Below are positions 9,701 through 18,107 of a stretch of 64,000 nt of DNA, piece by piece. Source of the stretch: Candidatus Latescibacterota bacterium (GTDB lineage Bacteria > Latescibacterota > UBA2968); the NCBI GenBank assembly GCA_965116885.1, contig OZ220741.1:2976001-3040000 (forward strand). Direction: 5' to 3'. The notes beneath the pieces were generated by a model. That model made no database searches. It saw only the letters and a list, made by a program, of their open reading frames with translations, and was not told the DNA's origin. A program made the translations under genes and the position numbers. Position 1 is the stretch's first letter. Each line of letters opens with the position of its first letter.

Positions 9701-12700
9701 TTAAGGGCGTTTGATCCCCAGTTTTTTCATTTTGCTATACAGGGTAGAGGGCGGTAATCTTAGCAGTGCCGCTGCTCCTCTATCTCCACTTATCTGATAG
9801 TTGGTGATTTTGAGTACTTCGAGAATATAGTGTCGCTCATATTCGTCCAAAGGCACGACTTCGCGGTCTTGAGAAACTGTCACGGTGTTCTTTTTAAGAT
9901 CGGGAGCCGGGCCTCCGATTCGGAAACCATACAGTCCCAGATCACCCACTTCGATTTGCGAACCGCGACACACGATTACGGCTCGCTGTATCGTATGCTC
10001 CAATTCTCGCACGTTTCCAGGCCAATCGCAGGTTTGTAACGCCTCGATTACCTCTGGCGTCAAAGGAGCTATTTGCTTGCCCAGGTGTGTGGCCATGCGA
10101 TTTTTGAAAAACTCGGCAAGGTGCGGGATGTCTTCCTTGCGCTCGCGCAAGGGGGGGAGATAGATTGGAAAAACCTGGAAACGATAATACAGGTCCTCGC
10201 GGAATGCACCTGAACTGACCAGTTCCTCAAGATTGCGATTGGTCGCTGCCACAATGCGCGCCTGCACCTTCAGCGTCTCGCTACCTCCAACGCGCTCATA
10301 AGTGCCCTCTTCCAGCAAGCGCAACATCCTGACCTGTGTTTGCGGAGCCATATCGCTGACCTCATCCAAAAAGAGCGTGCCGCCCTTCGCCAATTCTACC
10401 TTGCCCAGCCTGCGAGACACTGCGCTGGTAAACGCGCCCTTTTCGTGACCAAACAGTTCACTGTCGATCAGCGTTGCTGGCAACGCTCCGCAGTTGACCT
10501 GTATAAAAGGGCCATCGCTATTGGGACTCTGCGCGTGTAATACCCGCGCAGCCAATCCCTTGCCTACACCCGTTTCGCCTATAAACAGCACCGACAGATC
10601 AGTGGGTACTACCTTTCTGAGCTGGAATTGAAACTGTTGCAAAACCTCGCTGTGACCGATAAACTCGTTATCCCCCTGAGTATTGAGTGTCGCAGTCAGG
10701 CCCTCAATACGCGGATCTGGCTCTACCGAGAGTTGAATCTGCGCGATCCCTGAGTAATTGAGGTCGCGATCTATCGCTCTGACCTGAAACGTGTACTCGC
10801 CCGGTGGCAAGTTCTGATAATGCGCCCTCATTTCTCGTGTCGCAGGCTGCCAGTCGGGGTCGTATCCCTTCAGGCGATAGATGTAGAGCATGTCGCGGGG
10901 ATGGGTAGAAAAACTCAGGCTTTTGTATTCAAAAATTACATCTTGATCCATCGTAGATACGATGTCTTCCTTCAGGTTCTCATAGACCTGACCAGCGATA
11001 ACTTGAATCAGGCGAATCAGGGGCGGCGTCTGTCGCTGGCGGTAGCGCACCAGAGTGTTTTGGGCTGTACCGAAATAGAAGGCGCCATCGCGGTCTTCGA
11101 GTATTTTGAGCACCGGTCCTATATGCGGTGATTTGATGGTCTGGAAAAGCTGGCCATCGTAGTGAACTACGCCGCCGTCTGTGCCGAGCCAGAGGCGACC
11201 TTGAGAGTCCTCAAGCAAGCAATGGATGCGGTTGTTCGGTAAACCGTCTTCAGTCGTGAAGGTCTGGAAGGTGCTACCATTAAAACAGGCAAGACCGCCC
11301 TGGGTAGCCACCCACAGGTTGCCATGGCGGTCTAATAGCAGGTCACTGACCCTGTCGTCGATCAGCCCGTCTTCAACCCCGTAAAATTTGAGGTCATCTT
11401 TGGGATGCCAGCGTGCGAAGCCCTTGTCGATGTCAGAGAAATGTTGATGAGCGAGATAAAAATAAACCTCGCCATTGCGCCCGGTAATCACAGTACCAAT
11501 GTAGCTGAAAGGATCCTTATTTTTATCTTTAACAAAAATGGTTTGGAACTCTTCGCCCCGCTGCCAAGTGAGTCTCAAAGGACTGGCAAAAAGTGCTTTT
11601 TTTTCTTTGTCTTTTTTATTTTCCCAATGACCAAAAAAAAATTGCCCTTCCCCATCCTGGGCAATTGCACAAATACTGCTTGAACCTGCGGTTGTTTCTA
11701 TTTTTTCTATCTTCTGCCCATCGTAGCGGAATAAGCCATTGACGCCGCCAAACCACAGATACCCGTCGTGGTCTTCGTAGATGGCAAAACAGTTGTTGAT
11801 ATCAAAGCCATTCTCAGGGCCTGCAAAGTCAAGGTCCTCTCCATCAAAGCGAAAGACGCTATTGCTTTGATATTTAAAAACAGGCGACACAGACCCCACC
11901 CATATATCACCGCGACTATCTTGTACGATCTGCGAGATCTCGCTCACGCTTTCAGAGGCCCTTGCACGAAAGTCGAAAATGCTGATACTATGCGCATCGT
12001 AAAGGCCGACGCCTCCCCAGGTGGCAAACCAATACTGATGCTCGCGATCCTGGAACACGGCTTTGACTGCGGGATGGGGCAGACCATCGGCAGGGGTAAA
12101 CCTGCTGAACCCATCACCGTCTTGATAGAGCACCCCGTCTGAAGTGCTAAACCACATCCGACCTGTACCGTCGCACTGAATTTTGCGCAGGTCACTATCC
12201 AAATCGACTTGAACAGGCTGGAAGGTACCATCGGTATAGCACCAGAGTCCGTTCTGAGGTCCACGCTGACCAACCCACACCTTGCCGGTATTGTCCCGAC
12301 TCACCGCATAGCTTATATCGACTGTAGGAAACCCCTCTTTCTCTTCGTAGCGGTGGAAAGATGTGCCATCAAAGCGAATGAGGTGGCTAAAGCCAAACCA
12401 CAGATAACCTTCCAGGTCCTGGGCAATGCCCCGACACTGTTTACGACGAAGCAGCGGCTCGTAGTGCTTAAGGTAGAGCGGCATCAGGTCGTGGAACACA
12501 GTCCCGTCGTAATATCCCATAGTCCTGTGACCACCACACCATATACGCCCTTCGCGGTCTTCGTAGATGAACTGGACAGCACGGCCTGCTATCCCGTCGT
12601 CTTCCAAATGATGGAAGTTTGTACCGTCGTACCAGCAGACGCCATTTAATGTGCCGAACCACAACCGATTCTGACTGTCCTTTTGAATAAAATAAACGCG

Positions 12701-12895
12701 TTCGCTAATAAGACCGTCCTGTCGCGTAAAATTTCGAAACACATCTCCATCAAAGCGACTAACGCCGTTATCACAGGTGGCGAACCAGAGATAGCCCGCG
12801 CTGTCTTCGGCGATGTGTTCAATGCGCATCCCAGCCAGACCATCGGCTATAGAATAAGTCCGCCAGGTGCCTTTGTGGTTAAGTGATTTGAGCAT
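9701..12895 (-). CDS. Sigma-54 enhancer-binding protein with N-terminal Reg_prop beta-propeller and Y_Y_Y domains (paralog A)
   Basis: DGL...I.ED..G.LWF repeats; Y_Y_Y segment YxYRLKG...YQNLPPGEYTFQVRA; Walker A GETGVGK, GAFTSA, LFLDE, FREDLYYR, WPGNVRELE, C-terminal Fis HTH. Confidence 0.92.
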   Translation of the reverse strand: MLKSLNHKGTWRTYSIADGLAGMRIEHIAEDSAGYLWFATCDNGVSRFDGDVFRNFTRQDGLISERVYFIQKDSQNRLWFGTLNGVCWYDGTNFHHLEDDGIAGRAVQFIYEDREGRIWCGGHRTMGYYDGTVFHDLMPLYLKHYEPLLRRKQCRGIAQDLEGYLWFGFSHLIRFDGTSFHRYEEKEGFPTVDISYAVSRDNTGKVWVGQRGPQNGLWCYTDGTFQPVQVDLDSDLRKIQCDGTGRMWFSTSDGVLYQDGDGFSRFTPADGLPHPAVKAVFQDREHQYWFATWGGVGLYDAHSISIFDFRARASESVSEISQIVQDSRGDIWVGSVSPVFKYQSNSVFRFDGEDLDFAGPENGFDINNCFAIYEDHDGYLWFGGVNGLFRYDGQKIEKIETTAGSSSICAIAQDGEGQFFFGHWENKKDKEKKALFASPLRLTWQRGEEFQTIFVKDKNKDPFSYIGTVITGRNGEVYFYLAHQHFSDIDKGFARWHPKDDLKFYGVEDGLIDDRVSDLLLDRHGNLWVATQGGLACFNGSTFQTFTTEDGLPNNRIHCLLEDSQGRLWLGTDGGVVHYDGQLFQTIKSPHIGPVLKILEDRDGAFYFGTAQNTLVRYRQRQTPPLIRLIQVIAGQVYENLKEDIVSTMDQDVIFEYKSLSFSTHPRDMLYIYRLKGYDPDWQPATREMRAHYQNLPPGEYTFQVRAIDRDLNYSGIAQIQLSVEPDPRIEGLTATLNTQGDNEFIGHSEVLQQFQFQLRKVVPTDLSVLFIGETGVGKGLAARVLHAQSPNSDGPFIQVNCGALPATLIDSELFGHEKGAFTSAVSRRLGKVELAKGGTLFLDEVSDMAPQTQVRMLRLLEEGTYERVGGSETLKVQARIVAATNRNLEELVSSGAFREDLYYRFQVFPIYLPPLRERKEDIPHLAEFFKNRMATHLGKQIAPLTPEVIEALQTCDWPGNVRELEHTIQRAVIVCRGSQIEVGDLGLYGFRIGGPAPDLKKNTVTVSQDREVVPLDEYERHYILEVLKITNYQISGDRGAAALLRLPPSTLYSKMKKLGIKRP

Positions 12896-12927
12896 AAAAC
12901 CTCATGATACAGGTAAAAATTTTAGTT

Positions 12928-12988
12928 CATAGTGGGGCTCCTTTCTAACTCCTGAGAAGGTAACCGCCAAAACGAGTCTAGTCCACTA
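12928..12988 (-). mobile_element. 61-bp dispersed element ending in RBS+ATG, copy 1 (possible IS3-like left-end remnant)
   Basis: 48/61 ungapped identity (hand count) to 48265-48325; ends AGAAAGG-N9-ATG, followed here by AAC TAA. Confidence 0.5.
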
Positions 12989-12992
12989 ACAC

Positions 12993-13316
12993 TTACAAGT
13001 CCTCGACTCTTTCGTACTCATTACGGGCACGACGTAATAGTCCCGTCTTCTTAGTATCAACGACAGGACGAGCTTCCACATTATTCGTAACGGACATTGC
13101 CAAAGCCACAACCCATCCGATAAACGTCCATCCAAGAAATAAATTGATTACCAGAATGGAGGCTCGGTTTCTATGGTATCGAAAAAATGCAGTAATTGCC
13201 GGAGCGAAGTAAAGTGCCAGTAAGAGCACCAGAATAAACTGACCCATCCCGGTATTTAATAAAGTGTCCCTGAGATCTAACAACGCTAAATACAGCATTA
13301 ATAAGTTATCATACAT
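12993..13316 (-). CDS. Superinfection-immunity (T4 Imm-like) membrane protein
   Basis: LYFAPAITAFFRYHRNRASILVINLFLGWTFIGWVVALAMS matches the Imm_superinfect pattern; start codon uncertain. Confidence 0.8.
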   Translation of the reverse strand: MYDNLLMLYLALLDLRDTLLNTGMGQFILVLLLALYFAPAITAFFRYHRNRASILVINLFLGWTFIGWVVALAMSVTNNVEARPVVDTKKTGLLRRARNEYERVEDL

Positions 13317-13371
13317 ATCTAATTTCTCATCGTGTAGTTTGACAAGAAATAAACCGACAAGCCTCAAAACA

Positions 13372-13390
13372 GTTCAAATTTTGGGTCACA
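13372..13390. repeat. 19-bp direct repeat, copy 2
   Basis: gttcaaattttgggtcaca, identical to 9671-9689. Confidence 0.85.
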
Positions 13391-13420
13391 TATTCTTCTT
13401 TGCGAAAAAACTTTAAACTA

Positions 13421-13437
13421 AGCAATATCCGTGCCAA
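13421..13437 (-). promoter_or_regulatory. Sigma-54 (-24/-12) promoter
   Basis: Minus strand TTGGCAC-GGATA-TTGCT = consensus TGGCAC-N5-TTGC, intergenic, facing the imm-like gene. Confidence 0.85.
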
Positions 13438-13537
13438 CGTGAACTTTTTACAAGACTTTTTTAATTATAAAGTATTATTTATATTGAATTAATTAGAGAA
13501 TAGTATATAAAAGTTAGTCTGAAATTTTATATTTCTA

Positions 13538-13575
13538 ATCACTATATATCGTGGTATTTAACCATATATCGTGAT
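13538..13575. promoter_or_regulatory. Candidate upstream activator sequence (two related boxes)
   Basis: atcactatatatcgtggt and accatatatcgtgat, about 100-140 bp upstream of the -24 element with an AT-rich spacer. Confidence 0.5.
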
Positions 13576-13605
13576 TGCCAATATTAAGAATATATGATGC
13601 ACAAT

Positions 13606-16600
13606 TTAAGGAAGTTTGATGCCCAGTTTTCTCATTTTGCCATACAGGGTAGAAGGCGGTAATCTCAGCAGTGCCGCTGCGCCCCTATCCCCACTTATCT
13701 GATAATTGGTGATCTTGAGCACTTCGAGAATATAGTGTCGCTCATATTCGTCCAAAGGTACGACTTCGCGGTCTTGAGAAACTGTCACGGTGCGCCTCTT
13801 TAGATCAGGAGCCGTGCCTTCGATTCGAGAACCATGCAGTCCCAGATCCTCCGCTTTGATTTGAGAACCGCGACACACGATTACGGCTCGCTGTATCGTA
13901 TGCTCTAATTCCCGCACATTGCCTGGCCAATCGCAGGTTTGCAACACCTCGATAACCTCTGGCGTCAAGGGAACTATTTGCTTGCCCAAATGTGTGGCCA
14001 TGCGATTTTTGAAAAACTCAGCGAGGTGCGGGATATCCTCTCTGCGCTCGCGCAAGGGAGGGAGAAGAATCGGAAAAACCTGGAAACGATAATACAGATC
14101 CTCGCGGAAAGTACCTGAACTGACCATCTCCTCCAGATTGCGATTGGTCGCAGCCACAATGCGCGCCTGTATCGATAGCGTCTCACTACCCCCAACGCGC
14201 TCATAAGTGCCCTCTTCCAGCAAGCGCAACATCCTGGCTTGTGTTCCCACAGCCATATCGCTGACCTCATCCAAAAAGAGCGTACCACCCTTAGCCAGTT
14301 CCACCTTGCCTAACCTGCGGGACTCTGCGCTGGTAAACGACCCTTTCTCGTGACCAAACAGTTCACTGTCGATCAGCGTTTCAGACAGTGCTCCGCAGTT
14401 GACCTGTATAAAAGGTCCATTACAATAGGGACTCTGCGCGTGTAACACCCGCGCAGCCAATCCCTTGCCTACACCCGTCTCGCCTATAATCAGCACGGAT
14501 AGATCAGTGGATGCTACCTTTCTGAGTTTGCTTTGAAACTGTTGCAAAACCTCGCTTTGACCGATAAACTCGTTATCCCCCTGGTTATTGAGTGTTGCAG
14601 TCAGGCCCTCAATACGCGGATCTGGCTCTACCGAGAGTTGAATCTGCGTGATCTCTGAGTAATTGAGGTCGCGATCTATCGCTCTGACCTGAAAGGTGTA
14701 TTCGCCCGGCGACAAGTTCCGGTAGTAGGCCCGCATCTCTCGGGTCGCTGGTTGCCAGTCAGCATCGTAGCCCTTCAGGCGATAGATGTAGAGCATGTCG
14801 CGGGGATGGGTGGAAAAACTCAGGCCCTTATACTCGAAAATCACCTGCTGATCTGTGGTAGATACAATGCCTTCCTGCAGGTCCTCATAGACCTGATCGG
14901 CGACAACTTGAAGCAGGCGAACCCTGGGCGTAGTCTGTCGTTGGCGATAGCGCACCAAAGAATTTTGGGCTGTGCCGAAATAGAAGTTTCCGTCACGAGC
15001 TTCGAGTATTTTGAGCACCGGTCCTATATGGGGTGACTTGATGGTCTGGAAAAGCTGGCCATCGTAGTGAGCCACACCGCCGTCTGTACCAAGCCAGAGG
15101 TGGCCTCGCCGATCTTCAAGCAAGCAACGGATGCGGTTGCTCGGCAGACCGTCTTCAGTAGTGAAGCTCTGGAAGGTATTGCCATCAAAGCAACAAAGAC
15201 CGCCCTGAGTAGCCGCCCACAGGTTGCCATTGCGGTCTAATAGCAGGTCATTGACGTTGTGGTCTATCAGTCCATTTTCAATTCCATAAAACTTAAGCCC
15301 ATCTTCGGGATGCCAGCGTGCGAAACCCTTAGCGTTGTCGGAAAAATTTTGGTGAATGAGATGAAAATAGACCTCGCCATTGCGCCCGGTAATCACAGTA
15401 CCAATGTAGCTGAAAGGGTCCTTATTTTTATCTTCTACAAAAATGGCTTGGAACTGCTCACCCCGCTGATAAATGATCTTCAAAGGACTGACAAGAAGAT
15501 CTTTTTTTTCGATTATGTTGTTTCTTTCCCAATGGCCAAAAATGAATCGCCCTTGCGAGTCCTGGGTAATTGCACTGACACTTCTTTTTCCTAAACCTGC
15601 GATTGTTTGCATTTTTTTTATCTTCTTCCCATTGTAGCGGAACAAGCCATTGTGACCACCAAACCACAGGTCCCCATCGCAGTCCTCGTAGATAGCGAAA
15701 CAGTTGTCGATATCAAAGCCATCCTCAATGCCTACAAAGTCAAAGTCCTCGCCATCAAAGCGAAAAACGCTTTTCTCCAGCCGGTTGAGAGCGGGAGCTA
15801 CATACCCGACCCACATATCACCTCGCCGATCTTGTGCGATCTGGGAGATCTCGCTCACTCTTTTAGAACCCCTTGAGCTGAAGTCGAAAACGCTGATACT
15901 ATGTGCATCGTAAAGCCCGACGCCACCCCAGGTGGCGAACCAGAACTGATGATCGCGATCCTGCAACACAGCTTTGACTGCGGGATGGGGCAGGCCATCG
16001 TCAGGGGTAAATCTGCAGAATCCATCACCGTCTTGATAGAGTGCCCCTTCTGAAGTGCTAAACCACATTCGACCTTCCCGGTCACACTGGATTTTGCGCA
16101 GTGGGCTACCCAAATTTATCTCAACCGGCTCAAAGGTGCCATGGGTATAGCACCAGAGTTCGTTTTTGCTTTCGTGCTGCCCCACCCACACCTTACCGGT
16201 ATTGTCCTGCCCCACAGCATAGTTTATCTTGCCTCGCGGAAACCCCTCTTTCTCTTCATAGCGGTGGAAGGATTGACCATCGAAACGGATGAGGTAGTTA
16301 AAGCCAAACCACATGTGGCCTTCTGGGTCCTCGACAATGCCCCGGCACTGGTTGGGCCACTCAGGAGAAGGTGGTTCCTGATACTGCTGAAGGTAGAGCG
16401 GAATCATGTCTCGGAACACAGTACCGTCGTAATATCCCAGGGTCCTGTGACCGCCACACCATATACGCCCTTCATTATCTTCGTAGATGAACTGGACAGG
16501 TCGGCGTGCGATCCCGGTATCTTCCAAATGGCGGAACTCTGATCCGTCATACCAGCAGACACCACTTAATGTACCGAACCACAACCGCTTCTGACTGTCC

Positions 16601-16815
16601 TTTGAAATAAAATAAACGTGGTCGTTAACAAGACCATTCTGTTTGGTAAAATTCTGAAACTCGTCTCCATCGAAGCGACTAACACCGTTGTCCCATGTGG
16701 CGAACCAGAGATAACCTTCGCTATCCTCGGCGATGTGTTCAATGCGCATCCCGGCCAGGCCATCGGCTATAGAATACGTCCGATAGGTGCCTTTGCGGTT
16801 AAGTGATTTGACCAT
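13606..16815 (-). CDS. Sigma-54 enhancer-binding protein with Reg_prop/Y_Y_Y sensor (paralog B)
   Basis: Colinear with 9701-12895; GETGVGK, GSFTSA, LFLDE, FREDLYYR, HTH; start chosen by alignment with paralog A and GAGG RBS. Confidence 0.92.
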   Translation of the reverse strand: MVKSLNRKGTYRTYSIADGLAGMRIEHIAEDSEGYLWFATWDNGVSRFDGDEFQNFTKQNGLVNDHVYFISKDSQKRLWFGTLSGVCWYDGSEFRHLEDTGIARRPVQFIYEDNEGRIWCGGHRTLGYYDGTVFRDMIPLYLQQYQEPPSPEWPNQCRGIVEDPEGHMWFGFNYLIRFDGQSFHRYEEKEGFPRGKINYAVGQDNTGKVWVGQHESKNELWCYTHGTFEPVEINLGSPLRKIQCDREGRMWFSTSEGALYQDGDGFCRFTPDDGLPHPAVKAVLQDRDHQFWFATWGGVGLYDAHSISVFDFSSRGSKRVSEISQIAQDRRGDMWVGYVAPALNRLEKSVFRFDGEDFDFVGIEDGFDIDNCFAIYEDCDGDLWFGGHNGLFRYNGKKIKKMQTIAGLGKRSVSAITQDSQGRFIFGHWERNNIIEKKDLLVSPLKIIYQRGEQFQAIFVEDKNKDPFSYIGTVITGRNGEVYFHLIHQNFSDNAKGFARWHPEDGLKFYGIENGLIDHNVNDLLLDRNGNLWAATQGGLCCFDGNTFQSFTTEDGLPSNRIRCLLEDRRGHLWLGTDGGVAHYDGQLFQTIKSPHIGPVLKILEARDGNFYFGTAQNSLVRYRQRQTTPRVRLLQVVADQVYEDLQEGIVSTTDQQVIFEYKGLSFSTHPRDMLYIYRLKGYDADWQPATREMRAYYRNLSPGEYTFQVRAIDRDLNYSEITQIQLSVEPDPRIEGLTATLNNQGDNEFIGQSEVLQQFQSKLRKVASTDLSVLIIGETGVGKGLAARVLHAQSPYCNGPFIQVNCGALSETLIDSELFGHEKGSFTSAESRRLGKVELAKGGTLFLDEVSDMAVGTQARMLRLLEEGTYERVGGSETLSIQARIVAATNRNLEEMVSSGTFREDLYYRFQVFPILLPPLRERREDIPHLAEFFKNRMATHLGKQIVPLTPEVIEVLQTCDWPGNVRELEHTIQRAVIVCRGSQIKAEDLGLHGSRIEGTAPDLKRRTVTVSQDREVVPLDEYERHYILEVLKITNYQISGDRGAAALLRLPPSTLYGKMRKLGIKLP

Positions 16816-17030
16816 AAAAAACCTCATGATACAGGTAAAATTTTAGTTCACATCGGATAATAAATCGCGAATATAAAACCCTTCTTAATCTGTGTATTAT
16901 TATAACGAAATTTCAAGGAAACAGTTGTGGTTCACGAGCCTTCTTATCTGAAGGGTTGAACTGAAACAAGCTGGTTTTTCACTACATTATTCCCACTTGA
17001 TTTTTGAATTTTAAAACTATACATTTAGCA

Positions 17031-17129
17031 ATAGAGTGGGTTATGGTTTGTTGGACCATTCCTGTTCTGTATGTTGCGGCAGGGGGCCATAGGCTGACTA
17101 CCAATCCGACCTGGCCTTCTGCCGTTTTT
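17031..17129 (+). ncRNA. Candidate about 100-nt two-hairpin small RNA
   Basis: TTGATT-N17-TACATT at 16997-17025; hairpin 1 loop region TGTTGG; hairpin 2 has a 14-bp stem, loop CTACCAA and a T-run. Confidence 0.4.
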
Positions 17130-17232
17130 GCTGCAATTAAAAATAAATTTCTGTTTTTTTAATCTGATATTAAAGAAAGCAAAAGTCAAGATTTTCTATT
17201 ATATGTAGAATGATTCAACACATATAACATGA

Positions 17233-17263
17233 GAAAAAGGCGCGTTTTGAACGCGCCTTTTTC
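17233..17263. terminator. Intrinsic terminator (bidirectional-type)
   Basis: gaaaaaggcgcgtt-ttg-aacgcgcctttttc. Confidence 0.85.
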
Positions 17264-17279
17264 TTTTTCGTCAGGAGGT

Positions 17280-18098
17280 TTAGAAAAAGGGAAAAAGTTT
17301 TGGGATGTTGTCATCTGTGAGCGCGCTGCCGTATTCGCAGCCTTCATAAGCTTCGGCATATTGGATTTTTGAGCCGCGTTCTTGTCCGTAGTATTTGATC
17401 AGTAGGTCGCGATAGCGATCCGCTATCGCGCGAGATTGATTGAGGCGATGCCGCAACCATTTGCGGCGGTTTTGTGGCGATTCGGGTACCTGGTCGAGGT
17501 GGCCCGCGTTAAAGGGTAGCCATTCGTACATTTGCGATGTGTGGCAGTGTAGCATGTCGAGTTTTTTGTCGATGACATCGTCTATGGCTATGACGACATC
17601 GGGAGAGAAAGGTTGAGGCTTTTGGAAGTTGTCGCTCAGGTACGCAATGACGGGGTTGTACGACAGGGCGGGTGTGTCTGTGCAGATGTTGGGCACGGTG
17701 ACCATGTATGCCGAGTCTTGCACGAGGATGGATGTGTAGCGGTGATCGGGATGGTAATCGTTGGGGCGATGGGTCAGGATGAGGTCTGGCGTGTAGTTGC
17801 GAATCTGGCGGATGATTTTTTTGCGATTTTCAAGGGTGGGTTCAAGTTCGCCGTCGTGGTTGTCGAGTACGTGGTATTCGATGCCCGCGACTGCACCTGC
17901 TGCCTGGGCTTCGGCGCGGCGACGACGGGCGAGTTCAACGCCGCCAATTTCGTGATGGCCCGCGTCGCCGTTGGTGACAGAGACAAATTTTACCTCGTGC
18001 CCGAGGCTTGCGTATTTGATGGCGATGCCGCCCGCTTTGATATCGCAATCGTCGGGATGGGCGCCAAAGACGATGATTTTCAGGGAATGGTTGTTCAT
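17280..18098 (-). CDS. PIG-L/LmbE family deacetylase
   Basis: GAHPDD and YHPDH motifs. Confidence 0.9.
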   Translation of the reverse strand: MNNHSLKIIVFGAHPDDCDIKAGGIAIKYASLGHEVKFVSVTNGDAGHHEIGGVELARRRRAEAQAAGAVAGIEYHVLDNHDGELEPTLENRKKIIRQIRNYTPDLILTHRPNDYHPDHRYTSILVQDSAYMVTVPNICTDTPALSYNPVIAYLSDNFQKPQPFSPDVVIAIDDVIDKKLDMLHCHTSQMYEWLPFNAGHLDQVPESPQNRRKWLRHRLNQSRAIADRYRDLLIKYYGQERGSKIQYAEAYEGCEYGSALTDDNIPKLFPFF

Positions 18099-18107
18099 AG
18101 TGGTTCC

